From the NCBI RefSeq assembly GCF_947495455.1, contig NZ_CANLZC010000006.1, forward strand, positions 17,280 to 81,279: DNA of 64,000 bases, written 5' to 3'. The translations under genes were made by a program, and so were the position numbers. Under the pieces are notes generated by a model that saw only the letters and a list, made by a program, of their open reading frames with translations, had not been told where the DNA came from and made no database searches. Within the stretch, counting starts at the first letter, position 1. Each line of letters begins with the position of its first letter. Origin of the DNA: an uncultured Shewanella sp. GTDB taxonomy: Bacteria; Pseudomonadota; Gammaproteobacteria; Enterobacterales; Shewanellaceae. Below are positions 31,211 to 40,641 of the stretch, one piece after another.

Positions 31211-31957
31211 ATGTGGTTAGGGGTAGTCACCCTGTTTCCGGAGATGTTTCGTGCCATCACCGATTTTGGAGTAACGGGTCGGGCCGTTAAGAAGGGCCTT
31301 TTAGCGTTGCAAACGTGGAATCCAAGAGATTTCACCCATGATAAACATAATACTGTGGATGACAGACCTTATGGTGGTGGTCCCGGTATGTTAATGATGG
31401 TGCAACCTTTACGTGATGCTATCCATGCAGCGAAAGCTGCAGCAGGTAAAGATGCAAAGGTGATTTATTTATCTCCTCAAGGACGTAAGCTCACGCAGCA
31501 AGGCGTTGAGGAGTTAGCTCAGTCATCGAGTTTGGTATTAGTGTGCGGACGATATGAAGGTATTGATGAGCGCATTATACAAACGGAAGTGGATGAAGAG
31601 TGGTCGATTGGTGATTACGTGCTTTCGGGTGGTGAGTTACCTGCGATGACGCTGATTGATTCAGTATCGAGATTGGTACCCGGTGTGCTGGGTAAGCAAG
31701 CTTCAGCAGAGCAAGATTCTTTCTCTGATGGTTTACTGGATTGCCCACATTACACGCGTCCTGAATGCTTGGATGGGCATGATGTACCCGCCGTTTTATT
31801 AAGCGGTAACCACGAACATATTAGACGCTGGCGTTTACAACAAAGTCTAGGTAAGACTTTGTTGAGACGGCCAGAATTATTTGAAAATCTAGCTCTGACT
31901 GACGAACAAACCGAGTTATTAACAGAGTTTGTCGACACCATGAATAAGCATGGTTAG
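31211..31957 (+). CDS. trmD: tRNA (guanine37-N1)-methyltransferase
   Basis: [22 protein letters not shown] and [11 protein letters not shown] motifs. Confidence 0.99.
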   Translation: MWLGVVTLFPEMFRAITDFGVTGRAVKKGLLALQTWNPRDFTHDKHNTVDDRPYGGGPGMLMMVQPLRDAIHAAKAAAGKDAKVIYLSPQGRKLTQQGVEELAQSSSLVLVCGRYEGIDERIIQTEVDEEWSIGDYVLSGGELPAMTLIDSVSRLVPGVLGKQASAEQDSFSDGLLDCPHYTRPECLDGHDVPAVLLSGNHEHIRRWRLQQSLGKTLLRRPELFENLALTDEQTELLTEFVDTMNKHG

Positions 31958-31990
31958 TTAGGTTCAGTTACACTAGAATGGAGTTTATTC

Positions 31991-32344
31991 ATGAACAACA
32001 TCATTAAAATGCTCAACGATGAGCAAATGAAAACTGACGTACCAGAATTTGGCGCAGGTGATACTGTCGTTGTTAAAGTACGTGTTAAAGAAGGCGGAAA
32101 AGAGCGTTTACAGGCTTTTGAAGGCGTTGTAATCGCAAAGCGTAACCGTGGTCTGCATTCAGCATTCACAGTACGTAAAATCTCTAATGGCGAAGGTGTT
32201 GAGCGTGCATTCCAAACGCATAGCCCAATCATCGCAGGCATCGAAGTGAAGCGTCGCGGTCGTGTTCGTCGTGCTAAACTTTACTATTTGCGTGAGCGTT
32301 CAGGTAAGTCTGCGCGTATCCGTGAGAAACTGGCTAACAAATAA
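31991..32344 (+). CDS. rplS: 50S ribosomal protein L19
   Basis: [10 protein letters not shown] and [10 protein letters not shown] motifs. Confidence 0.99.
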   Translation: MNNIIKMLNDEQMKTDVPEFGAGDTVVVKVRVKEGGKERLQAFEGVVIAKRNRGLHSAFTVRKISNGEGVERAFQTHSPIIAGIEVKRRGRVRRAKLYYLRERSGKSARIREKLANK

Positions 32345-32381
32345 ACTTTTATTTGTTAGAAAAACGATGCAGTGTTCGCAC

Positions 32382-32408
32382 AAAAAACCGCCCTTGAGGC
32401 GGTTTTTT
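32382..32408 (+). terminator. Terminator of the rpsP-rplS operon
   Basis: aaaaaaccgcc-cttga-ggcggtttttt. Confidence 0.85.
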
Positions 32409-32557
32409 GTGTCTTAACGCCATGAGACATATTGGTTTAATGATAAACTAATACCTCATTTCTAAAAGTGTGAGTTTGGCTTGTTTACAGTGAGGTTGTA
32501 ATGATGTAATATTGCGCCATTACAGTATTGGTTATATATACAGCCTTAGGTGAAAAC

Positions 32558-33634
32558 ATGCAGCAAGACACTATTAACAATATCCATATTACTTCTGAAG
32601 AGGTACTTATCAGCCCTAAAGCGCTTAAGCAGGCCTTACCTTTATCTGAGCGTGGCAGTCAATTTGTGTTAAATGCACGTCAGACAGTGTCAAATATTGT
32701 GCATAAACGTGATAACCGAGTCCTTATCATTACAGGCCCTTGTTCTATTCACGATCTGGATGCGGCTAAAGAGTATGCATTAAAGCTTAAAAAGCTACAT
32801 GATGAATTGAGTGACGAATTTTTTATTTTGATGCGAGTGTATTTTGAAAAACCTCGAACCACAGTGGGTTGGAAAGGCATGATTAACGACCCCGATATGG
32901 ATGAGTCATTCAATGTTGATAAAGGGCTTCGTCAGGCAAGAGAGCTGATGATTTGGTTGGCAGAGTTAGAGTTACCTGTGGCAACAGAAGCCTTAGATCC
33001 TATCAGTCCTCAGTATATGTCTGAGTTAGTGACTTGGTCAGCCATTGGTGCACGAACAACAGAATCGCAAACTCACAGAGAAATGGCATCGGGACTGTCT
33101 ATGCCTGTTGGGTTTAAGAATGGTACTGATGGTAAATTGCAAGTGGCAATTAATGCATTGGAATCTGCTGCCAGTGGCCATCGTTTCATGGGGATCAACC
33201 AAGAAGGTCAAGTGGCGTTGCTTAAAACCGAAGGTAACCCTGATGGCCATGTTATTTTAAGGGGAGGCAAAAAACCTAACTATGATGCACAAAGTGTCGC
33301 AGAGTGTGAAGAGCAATTACATGCTGCAAAGTTAAATGCCAGATTAGTGATTGATTGCAGTCATGGTAACTCTTCTAAAGATCATGCTAAGCAGCCTTTA
33401 GTGTGTCATGATGTTTTTGAGCAAATTCGTAATGGCAATAAATCTATTATAGGGGTGATGTTAGAAAGTCATTTAAATGAAGGGAATCAAAGCAGTAATA
33501 AGCCCATGAGTGAACTCACTTATGGCGTATCAGTAACAGATGCTTGTATTAATTGGCAAACGACTGAAGTACTATTGAGAAACGGCGCTGAAAGTTTATC
33601 ATCTATACTACCTCATCGCTTTGATAAGCCTTAA
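32558..33634 (+). CDS. aroF: DAHP synthase (class I-alpha, Tyr-sensitive type)
   Basis: GPCSIHD, RVYFEKPRT.VGWKG, AIGARTTESQ.HRE and DCSHGNS motifs; precedes tyrA. Confidence 0.95.
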   Translation: MQQDTINNIHITSEEVLISPKALKQALPLSERGSQFVLNARQTVSNIVHKRDNRVLIITGPCSIHDLDAAKEYALKLKKLHDELSDEFFILMRVYFEKPRTTVGWKGMINDPDMDESFNVDKGLRQARELMIWLAELELPVATEALDPISPQYMSELVTWSAIGARTTESQTHREMASGLSMPVGFKNGTDGKLQVAINALESAASGHRFMGINQEGQVALLKTEGNPDGHVILRGGKKPNYDAQSVAECEEQLHAAKLNARLVIDCSHGNSSKDHAKQPLVCHDVFEQIRNGNKSIIGVMLESHLNEGNQSSNKPMSELTYGVSVTDACINWQTTEVLLRNGAESLSSILPHRFDKP

Positions 33635-33641
33635 TTAGGGA

Positions 33642-34796
33642 ATGGAAACAAAACCCATGAATGAAAGAACAACGGCTGATCTTGAGAATTTAAGAGGCTT
33701 AATTGATGGTGTGGATCAACAATTAATTCACTTATTAAGAAAACGTTTGGATTTGGTGGCTCAAGTTGGAGCGGTAAAACACAGTGCTGGGTTGCCTATT
33801 TATGCCCCTCAACGGGAAGCTAATATGCTGGCAAAGCGCCGCAGAGAGGCTGAAAGTATGAATGTCTCTCCTCAATTAATTGAGGATATATTGCGGCGCT
33901 TGATGAGGGAGTCCTATCAAAATGAGAAAGACGTGGGCTTTAAGCAAGTTAAGCCTGATTTAGGCCATGTTGTCGTCGTCGGGGGCCAAGGTAAGTTGGG
34001 CGGCTTGTTTTCACAAATGTTGACATTATCTGGCTATGAGGTGAGATCCTTAGATAAAGATGATTGGCATAAAGCGGACAGTTTGTTTGAGGGAGCAGGC
34101 CTAGTGATTGTCACTGTCCCTATTCAAATGACCTGTGAATTAATCGCGACTCAGTTGACCCAACTGCCTAAAGATTGTGTCTTGGCGGATTTGACGTCAA
34201 TAAAATCAGAGCCGATAGAGGCGATGCTTAATGCCCATGAGGGACCTGTGATAGGTTTACATCCCATGTTTGGTCCTGACGTTGGCAGTTTAGCAAAACA
34301 AGTCGTGGTAGTGTGTCACGGAAGGCAACCAGAAACTTACGAATGGTTACTGGAACAGATTAGGATTTGGGGAGCGAGGCTTGTTGAAGCTGAGCCTAAA
34401 GCCCATGATAAGTCAATGCAATTGGTACAAGCCATGCGCCATTTTTCTTCTTTTGTCTATGGATTGAACCTTTGTAACGAGTCGGCGGATATTGAAACTT
34501 TACTGCAATTTAGTTCGCCTATTTATCGACTTGAATTAGCCATGGTGGGAAGATTATTTGCACAAAGCCCAGAACTTTATGCTGATATTATTTTCTCTCA
34601 GCCTGAAAGCTTGAATGTCATTAGTGATTATTTAAAAAACTATACTCAAGCGCTGGCATTGCTGCAACAAGGTGACAAAGCAGGCTTTATTGAGCAATTT
34701 AAAGCTGTTTCTACTTGGTTTGGCGATTTTGCTTCGCAATTTCAAAAAGAAAGCCGTGTGATGTTGCAATCGGTTAATGACATGAAATCAGATTAG
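33642..34796 (+). CDS. tyrA: Chorismate mutase/prephenate dehydrogenase
   Basis: N-terminal CM domain; GG.GKLG, DLTSIK, HPMFGPD, QAMRHF. Confidence 0.97.
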   Translation: METKPMNERTTADLENLRGLIDGVDQQLIHLLRKRLDLVAQVGAVKHSAGLPIYAPQREANMLAKRRREAESMNVSPQLIEDILRRLMRESYQNEKDVGFKQVKPDLGHVVVVGGQGKLGGLFSQMLTLSGYEVRSLDKDDWHKADSLFEGAGLVIVTVPIQMTCELIATQLTQLPKDCVLADLTSIKSEPIEAMLNAHEGPVIGLHPMFGPDVGSLAKQVVVVCHGRQPETYEWLLEQIRIWGARLVEAEPKAHDKSMQLVQAMRHFSSFVYGLNLCNESADIETLLQFSSPIYRLELAMVGRLFAQSPELYADIIFSQPESLNVISDYLKNYTQALALLQQGDKAGFIEQFKAVSTWFGDFASQFQKESRVMLQSVNDMKSD

Positions 34797-34996
34797 CAAA
34801 AGCACAGCGATGTTCAAAGGTGTGTTGAGTAAAAAGTAAAAGGCGTAGAGCAAGGCGGGAAAGGCTAATCTCATCAGTGAGTTGATCCTTTTGTTACATT
34901 CTTAATGTTGCAGAATTGTCTATTTGACAGTAAAGTTAGTATTGGGATACGAATGGATTTGCTCCTGATCGGTCTTTTATTTTATGGAGTAAATTT

Positions 34997-35347
34997 ATGG
35001 GTTTTATGACTTCAACTTCTAATCTTTCATCAAATCAATGCCGAGAAGATGTGAGTCTCGGCCATTTATTATATGGCTTGCTTGCCGCTTTTCCCTTATT
35101 GCTTATTCCTGCCTTATTTAGCCTTATCATCAATATGTTACAACGTGAAAGTCATATGGGTGATATGCTTAAGTCCCACTTAAGTTGGCAACGTCGCTCT
35201 ATATTTGGTTTGTTATTTGTTTTGTTGATTGGCTATGGATTCCATCCTTCATGGGTGAGTATGTTACTTTATTTATTTGGTACTTTCTGGTTTACTAGTC
35301 GCATTGTTAAAGGCTGGTTATGTTTGCTGGATGGGCGGGGGATATAA
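34997..35347 (+). CDS. Small membrane protein (DUF4870-like)
   Basis: Three hydrophobic segments; SH..WQ.R and W...RI.KGWL.L.DG patterns. Confidence 0.65.
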   Translation: MGFMTSTSNLSSNQCREDVSLGHLLYGLLAAFPLLLIPALFSLIINMLQRESHMGDMLKSHLSWQRRSIFGLLFVLLIGYGFHPSWVSMLLYLFGTFWFTSRIVKGWLCLLDGRGI

Positions 35348-35612
35348 TACCAATTCCATTATATAGATGATCAATTCAGAACTTCTCAGGCTTTTCAATT
35401 CAAGGCGCATTTATGCTGTAATGGTAATTCCCTTTCAAATGAATGCAACGCAGAAGTGGAGTGTCTGAGAAGCTCACCTTGTGCGGGTTTCAACATACTT
35501 TATGCTACGTTAGATGCTTTCGATATAGAATCACTATTAGCTTCAATCATCCGCCTTGCCTACAGCATGTTGAACTCCCGCTGAAAGATCACTTATATAA
35601 TGGAATTGGTAT
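35347..35612. mobile_element. MITE-like non-autonomous element, copy 2 (266 bp, inverted relative to copy 1)
   Basis: Perfect 19-bp terminal inverted repeats ATACCAATTCCATTATATA ... TATATAATGGAATTGGTAT. Confidence 0.87.
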
Positions 35613-35816
35613 AAAGTGTTTGAAAGGTTTTTGATTCGAGGCATATAATATCTTACTCGTTTAAATATTTTTTTGATATGTTTTTTTATTCTTGAATGTT
35701 AATCCATTAATTTTTTTGTTTTCTACAAATTTTTATTTTTTTAGAAGTTTTATCCTTTAAATCCGATTAAAAAGTAAGTTATTCATGTGTTGCTAATTTA
35801 CTGTGTAGGGTTTTAT

Positions 35817-36776
35817 ATGGATCTCATCAATAATACTTATATTTCTGCTGCCGAAATTAATCGTGCTAATCATGCTGATAATCTGAGTGAACAAATATTG
35901 GCCCAATTTGAGCATGTTTGGGATCGGATCAGTGATACCTTTCTTGGAACAAATCGCGTGGAAGCAAAAGCATTAGTGAAGGTGTTTTATATTGCTCAAC
36001 ATGGATCTGGGCCATTGATGGAGCATAAAGATGAATTGCTAAAAGAGACGCAATTAGCTCAATCCGCGGATAAAATTAACAATAGAGTAGATTTGCTTTT
36101 ATCATGTTATGAGAGGTTAGATGCATTATTAGAAGAGCCTGATTCTGGTTATCAGACTGAGCTTAGTTATAATCATCGTAAAGGGGAAATTAGTTTTCGA
36201 CCCTATAGCTCTAATCGCGATGAGATAGTTGTTCCAATACTAATTAGTAGTCCTGCGCAACTCGGGCGGCATAGTGAGTTTACTTTAAATAATTTAGATG
36301 AATTAGGGGCGTCTCAGGGAAAGTTTGGACTTAATCGACATTGTGATGCGCTTGCTCAAATTGCCAACGCATTAAAATTTAAAGTTGAGCATGTAGATTT
36401 ATCCCTTTCCGATGAGGCTTATAGACAGTTTAAAGTTGATACATTTACCCCTTTATTCAGTCTTTTTTCCAATCAAGGCGCGTTAGACATTAAAGGTTTA
36501 AATAATGCTATCAAGGACGTGAATACTTTTATTCAACCTCAGTTACATCTAACGCTTGAGCAAGAGCAGCATAAAGATGAAAAAAGTAACATACAAGTTA
36601 ACGTTAACGTGCTGGCTTTATATGAATATGATGCTGAGACATTGCAGGCTGCAAAAGAAAGAAGTGGCGTTGATGAATTAGAAGATTTGCCCGGGCGCTT
36701 TGGCAATGTAACTTATGAGGCACTCAAAGCTCAGCAGAGCCCCAAACATCTTGATTGTCTTTGTTTAACGGTTTAA
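35817..36776 (+). CDS. Hypothetical protein with effector-like N-terminal W[DE][KR]IxDxF motif
   Basis: Long ORF (about 319 aa from ATG 35817); contains VWDRISDTFLGTNRVEAK; no signal peptide. Confidence 0.7.
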   Translation: MDLINNTYISAAEINRANHADNLSEQILAQFEHVWDRISDTFLGTNRVEAKALVKVFYIAQHGSGPLMEHKDELLKETQLAQSADKINNRVDLLLSCYERLDALLEEPDSGYQTELSYNHRKGEISFRPYSSNRDEIVVPILISSPAQLGRHSEFTLNNLDELGASQGKFGLNRHCDALAQIANALKFKVEHVDLSLSDEAYRQFKVDTFTPLFSLFSNQGALDIKGLNNAIKDVNTFIQPQLHLTLEQEQHKDEKSNIQVNVNVLALYEYDAETLQAAKERSGVDELEDLPGRFGNVTYEALKAQQSPKHLDCLCLTV

Positions 36777-36895
36777 AGAAGCGTTTTTAAAGGGGCTCTA
36801 TGAAGCACAAGACCCATAGGCTTATAATATTGAAGCGGATGGATGAAAACGATACGTAGAATTTAAGCTTTAACATTTATAATCATGAATTATGG

Positions 36896-36934
36896 TATAC
36901 CAAGAATGCTGCATTTTGCGGCATTCTTGGTATA
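36896..36934. terminator. Long hairpin between convergent genes
   Basis: tataccaagaatgc...gcattcttggtata inverted repeat. Confidence 0.65.
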
Positions 36935-36976
36935 TGTTTTTTACAGCATTAATATATTGAGTATTAAGTTGTCAAT

Positions 36977-38953
36977 TTAGCGATAAAGTGCGTGTAAATT
37001 TTCATTGAGTTGATTGATTTCATTTTGAGCAATAGCTTGTGTTGATGGGGATAAGTGAAGCACGACTCCGTCCGCCTGTAGTTTTTTCATGGCGGGGATA
37101 TAGGCGTTGATTTGCGGCATTTCAACGGCATAACAAGGGTTAACAATAACGGGTAAATGTGTGGTACTTTTTAAATAAACCAGTCCAGCTAAATCCAGTG
37201 AAATGTCTTGGCTATTATTCACTTTGATACCGGACTCACATAAAATCACTTGTTGGTTTCCTTGACTTAATACGGTATTACTGGCATTTAACAGTGCGTT
37301 AGTGCTTGCTGTGTTATTTCGTTCAATAATAACGGGAAGTAATAATGTGCCGAGTGTCGTCAGAATGGATTGATTGAACATTTGTGCACCGTCGAGAAAT
37401 AACATATCGGCATGTTGTGCCGCGAGTGGTAAATCTGTTTCATGCTCAATGGTAATAATGCAGGCAAGATTAAAATGTGTCAGTGTTTTTTTCAATTGAA
37501 TAAGCGTGTTATCTAGGTTGGGCTGTAAGTGTAACCCTCTGAGTTGTATCCCTTGAAAGCCTAATTCTTTTAAGGCCTTAACTTGTTGCTCAAATATATT
37601 TGTTTCAATGGGAAGCTGGAGTTCAATTATCGCGCCTGGTTGCTGCGCATTAAACTCCAATTGTTCGCATTTGATTTGAGTCGGACTCGTTTTATAGGTC
37701 TTGCTATATCGTTGAGGTTCAGGCTGGTGTAGTGTCTGCTCTGTTTTGTTGTCTGCTTCCTTTGAACTGCTCTCTACCATGAGTTGCTGATGGGCTAAAT
37801 GGGTCGGTTTGACTGACTCACTGGGGTAGCAGCCTAGCACTTTGATAAAACGAGTAATCTTTTCTAATTCTTTTAAAGCCATTTTCATTGCACTTGATGA
37901 TAGGTTTGCCTCAATATCGAGGTAAAACATCTCTTCCCAAGGTGTGCCTGCAATGGGTCTTGATTCGAGTTTACACATGTTTAAATGATGCTTTTTAAGT
38001 ACTGATAATGCATCAACTAATGCGCCAGGTTTTTGTCCTGTCGCCATGATCAGGGTTGATTTTGCTGGTAACTGCTCTGGAACATCAACGGGTTGTTGGG
38101 CGACAACAATAAAACGACTTTGATTAATTTTTTGGTTGGCGAGTCCTTTTTCGATAGCCTCAAGTTGATATAAGGCGCCACCTTCAGCACTGCCAATGGC
38201 TGCAACATTTGAAGTACTGCTCTGTTTGACTTTTTCCATGGCTTCTGCACTACTTGAGCAGTATTCTAATTTAAATTCACCATGGATCCCCAGATAGCGG
38301 CTACATTGACTAATAGGCTGAGGATGAGCATACACTGTTTTAATGTGATTGATGTTGCTGCCTGATTGTGCCAGTAGACAATGCTCTACTTCGATGGTGG
38401 TTTCACCGACAATAGCAAGACGGGTATGTTGCAGGACATCGTAAACTTCATTAATGGATCCTGATGATGTATTTTCAATGGGGAGAAAACCATAATCAGC
38501 TTGACCCGATTCGACTGCTTGAATGATAGCGTCAAAACTCTGGCAACCGAGTTCTTGCATATCGACTTGTCTGCGTGCGCAGTATCGAGTGGCTGCTAAG
38601 TAAGAGTATGAGCCTTTTGCACCTAAGTAAGCAGCGATATATTGAGGCTTTTGTGTTTCAGGGTTGGCTCGTCCGTGCAAAAAAGCTTGTTGGTTTAGCA
38701 CTGAGTCTTCAATAATACTTTGGTAAAGAGAAATGATGTAATGGGCATCGAGTCCTTTTTCGCGACCTTGTTTAACTAATCTTGCTAAAAGATCTTTTTC
38801 ACGTTCAGTATCACGAATGGGGCGAACATCGACTTCTTTGCTGCGGGCGACATCTAAGCTTAATTCACGCCGTTTAGCCAATAAACTGAGTAATTCATTA
38901 TCCAGTGCAGTAATTTGCTCTCGAGTTTGGTTTAAAGGGGTGGGTTTACTCAT
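36977..38953 (-). CDS. pheA: Chorismate mutase/prephenate dehydratase with C-terminal degenerate DAHP-synthase-like domain
   Basis: CM (LAKRRELS), PDT (GFLPIENTSSGSI, SHP-like AHPQP), ACT (ESRPI..PWEE.FY); about 270 extra C-terminal residues. Confidence 0.93.
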   Translation of the reverse strand: MSKPTPLNQTREQITALDNELLSLLAKRRELSLDVARSKEVDVRPIRDTEREKDLLARLVKQGREKGLDAHYIISLYQSIIEDSVLNQQAFLHGRANPETQKPQYIAAYLGAKGSYSYLAATRYCARRQVDMQELGCQSFDAIIQAVESGQADYGFLPIENTSSGSINEVYDVLQHTRLAIVGETTIEVEHCLLAQSGSNINHIKTVYAHPQPISQCSRYLGIHGEFKLEYCSSSAEAMEKVKQSSTSNVAAIGSAEGGALYQLEAIEKGLANQKINQSRFIVVAQQPVDVPEQLPAKSTLIMATGQKPGALVDALSVLKKHHLNMCKLESRPIAGTPWEEMFYLDIEANLSSSAMKMALKELEKITRFIKVLGCYPSESVKPTHLAHQQLMVESSSKEADNKTEQTLHQPEPQRYSKTYKTSPTQIKCEQLEFNAQQPGAIIELQLPIETNIFEQQVKALKELGFQGIQLRGLHLQPNLDNTLIQLKKTLTHFNLACIITIEHETDLPLAAQHADMLFLDGAQMFNQSILTTLGTLLLPVIIERNNTASTNALLNASNTVLSQGNQQVILCESGIKVNNSQDISLDLAGLVYLKSTTHLPVIVNPCYAVEMPQINAYIPAMKKLQADGVVLHLSPSTQAIAQNEINQLNENLHALYR

Positions 38954-38992
38954 TTAGGCCTCTACATCTTTATTTTATATCGCATTAGAAAC

Positions 38993-39019
38993 AAAAAAGC
39001 CTCCATTTTAGGAGGCTTT
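38993..39019 (-). terminator. pheA attenuator terminator
   Basis: Minus strand aaagcctcc-taaaat-ggaggctttttt; upstream GGAGGC (39054-39059) can pair with GCCTCC as antiterminator. Confidence 0.85.
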
Positions 39020-39026
39020 GGAATTT

Positions 39027-39113
39027 TCACTTTCGTTTATACACCGAAAATCCGCCTCCGAGTGGTGGAGGTGTAAAAAAGAAAGTAAATAGACCGTGAT
39101 AGTGTATATTCAT
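39027..39113 (-). CDS. pheL: phe operon leader peptide MNIHYHGLFTFFFTPPPLGGGFSVYKRK
   Basis: Read by hand; FTFFF Phe cluster just upstream of the attenuator hairpin. Confidence 0.8.
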   Translation of the reverse strand: MNIHYHGLFTFFFTPPPLGGGFSVYKRK

Positions 39114-39188
39114 AGCTTAAAAGTAATAGGCTATAGAGTGAGTGTCAATGAAAAAGTCACATTATGAGTTGATTTATGCTTAGAAAGT

Positions 39189-39215
39189 AAAAAGCGCATC
39201 GGAAGATGCGCTTTT
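39189..39215 (-). terminator. Terminator of raiA
   Basis: aaaaagcgcatc-ggaa-gatgcgctttt. Confidence 0.85.
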
Positions 39216-39232
39216 AAGTAAGTAAAATGTAA

Positions 39233-39595
39233 TCAAGCTGCGTATTCCTCCTCATCATCATAGATAAAATCTTTGTCTCGAACATCATCTTCTAAAGTAA
39301 GTGTGGCTCGGCGCTGACTTTCGGGTTTATGGACTTGGCGATTAAGTTGTTTTTCCAGTTTTTGCCCCATTGCGTTGATGGCAGCATAAAGGTCTTCATT
39401 TTTCGCCTGTGCAAAGAGTCTCGCATTAGGAATGCCAACAGAAGCTTCGATTTTAAAGATTTGTTTCTCCTGTACAATGATAACATGCGGATTAAGGAAC
39501 TGGACATCATGCCTTGAAAGCTTAGCAATTCTGCTTTCAATACGTTCACGGATAGAGTCAGTTACGTCAAATTGCTTACTAGTAATCTTTATCAT
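39233..39595 (-). CDS. raiA: Ribosome-associated inhibitor A / HPF family
   Basis: IKITSKQFDVT..IR, EDLYAAIN...KLEKQL; upstream of pheA. Confidence 0.92.
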   Translation of the reverse strand: MIKITSKQFDVTDSIRERIESRIAKLSRHDVQFLNPHVIIVQEKQIFKIEASVGIPNARLFAQAKNEDLYAAINAMGQKLEKQLNRQVHKPESQRRATLTLEDDVRDKDFIYDDEEEYAA

Positions 39596-39652
39596 ATGTC
39601 GAACCTTCTGTTGTTTCCTTGAGTTCAGACTACCAACCTTTAGGGAAAAAGT

Positions 39653-39668
39653 CGTGACTTAAATCACA
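39653..39668. promoter_or_regulatory. Putative CRP-binding site upstream of raiA
   Basis: CGTGA-N6-TCACA, one mismatch to TGTGA-N6-TCACA. Confidence 0.6.
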
Positions 39669-39894
39669 TTTTTTCCCCCTTTTTTAATTGTTCGCATTTT
39701 ATTTGATCACTTAGACAAAAATTAAAAATTATCTTAGTGATCATCTTGAAACTTAATATAAACCCGTGCATATTTGATGGGATAACTTCAACTGCAGTGT
39801 GGCTATTCAGCTTATTTTTGCATATTCTCGTCATCTTTATGTATTGAAAGACGCCTTTCAAATTGCATCATTTATTAGTTAAGAGTAAAGCAGT

Positions 39895-40566
39895 ATGGAT
39901 AACATTAAATTGAATATTCGAGTATGGGATTTTCCAATCCGCTTTTTTCATTGGTCCATGGTCGGGTTACTCGCAGGATTATGGTGGACAGCGTCTATGG
40001 GAGAGATGCAATGGCATCAATTGCTGGGTTATGTGTTGTTAAATTTGATCTTGTGTCGATTCATATGGGGGTGGATAGGCAGTGACACCGCGCGTTTTTC
40101 TTTTTTTTTGGTGTCGCCTAAAAAAGTGTTACAGCATTTGCAGCCTAAGAAAAGAGAGGTGCCTTCTTTAGGGCATAATCCTATTGGCGGGTATATGGTG
40201 ATCTTACTCTTGTTGTTATTGAGCATTCAATTAATCAGTGGGTTATTTGCAACAGATGATATCTTCACCGAAGGACCACTTTTTCATTATGTCAGCTCAG
40301 ATACTGCCGCTTGGTTCACTTGGTTACATAAAAACACTTTTAATGTCATATTGACATTTGCTGGAGTACACATTCTTGCAGTGTTTGTGCATTTGTTCAA
40401 AGGTGATAATTTAATTACAGCCATGGTAACGGGTAAAAAAAGAATGGCTAATAATAAAGGTCTTCAGCTCAGGTTCACGCATGCTTTTGTTGCACTAGGG
40501 CTCTTTCTGGTCATTGGCAGTGTGATATTTTATTTTTGGGGATGGCCTGTTTTCTCAATGCTTTAA
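39895..40566 (+). CDS. Cytochrome b/b6-like (Ni/Fe-hydrogenase b-type cytochrome family) membrane protein
   Basis: VWD.PIRFFHW, GHNPIGG, WLH and GVHI heme-ligand His motifs. Confidence 0.88.
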   Translation: MDNIKLNIRVWDFPIRFFHWSMVGLLAGLWWTASMGEMQWHQLLGYVLLNLILCRFIWGWIGSDTARFSFFLVSPKKVLQHLQPKKREVPSLGHNPIGGYMVILLLLLLSIQLISGLFATDDIFTEGPLFHYVSSDTAAWFTWLHKNTFNVILTFAGVHILAVFVHLFKGDNLITAMVTGKKRMANNKGLQLRFTHAFVALGLFLVIGSVIFYFWGWPVFSML

Positions 40567-40641
40567 TAATGACAAGGTATTGTGCTGTCCTTGCCATTAT
40601 TGTCATTATCTCAATATCTTTTTTAAGTGATTTAAGCTGTA

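Noticed and set aside
32460-32557. TyrR box or LexA box upstream of aroF
   Set aside because: TGTAAT-N8-ATTACA has the wrong spacing for TyrR (N6), and TTGGTTATATATACAG lacks the CTGT half-site; not supportable by eye.
35443-35634. 63-aa ORF as a transposase fragment
   Set aside because: It lies inside the MITE and shows no DDE or HUH motif; treated as a chance ORF.
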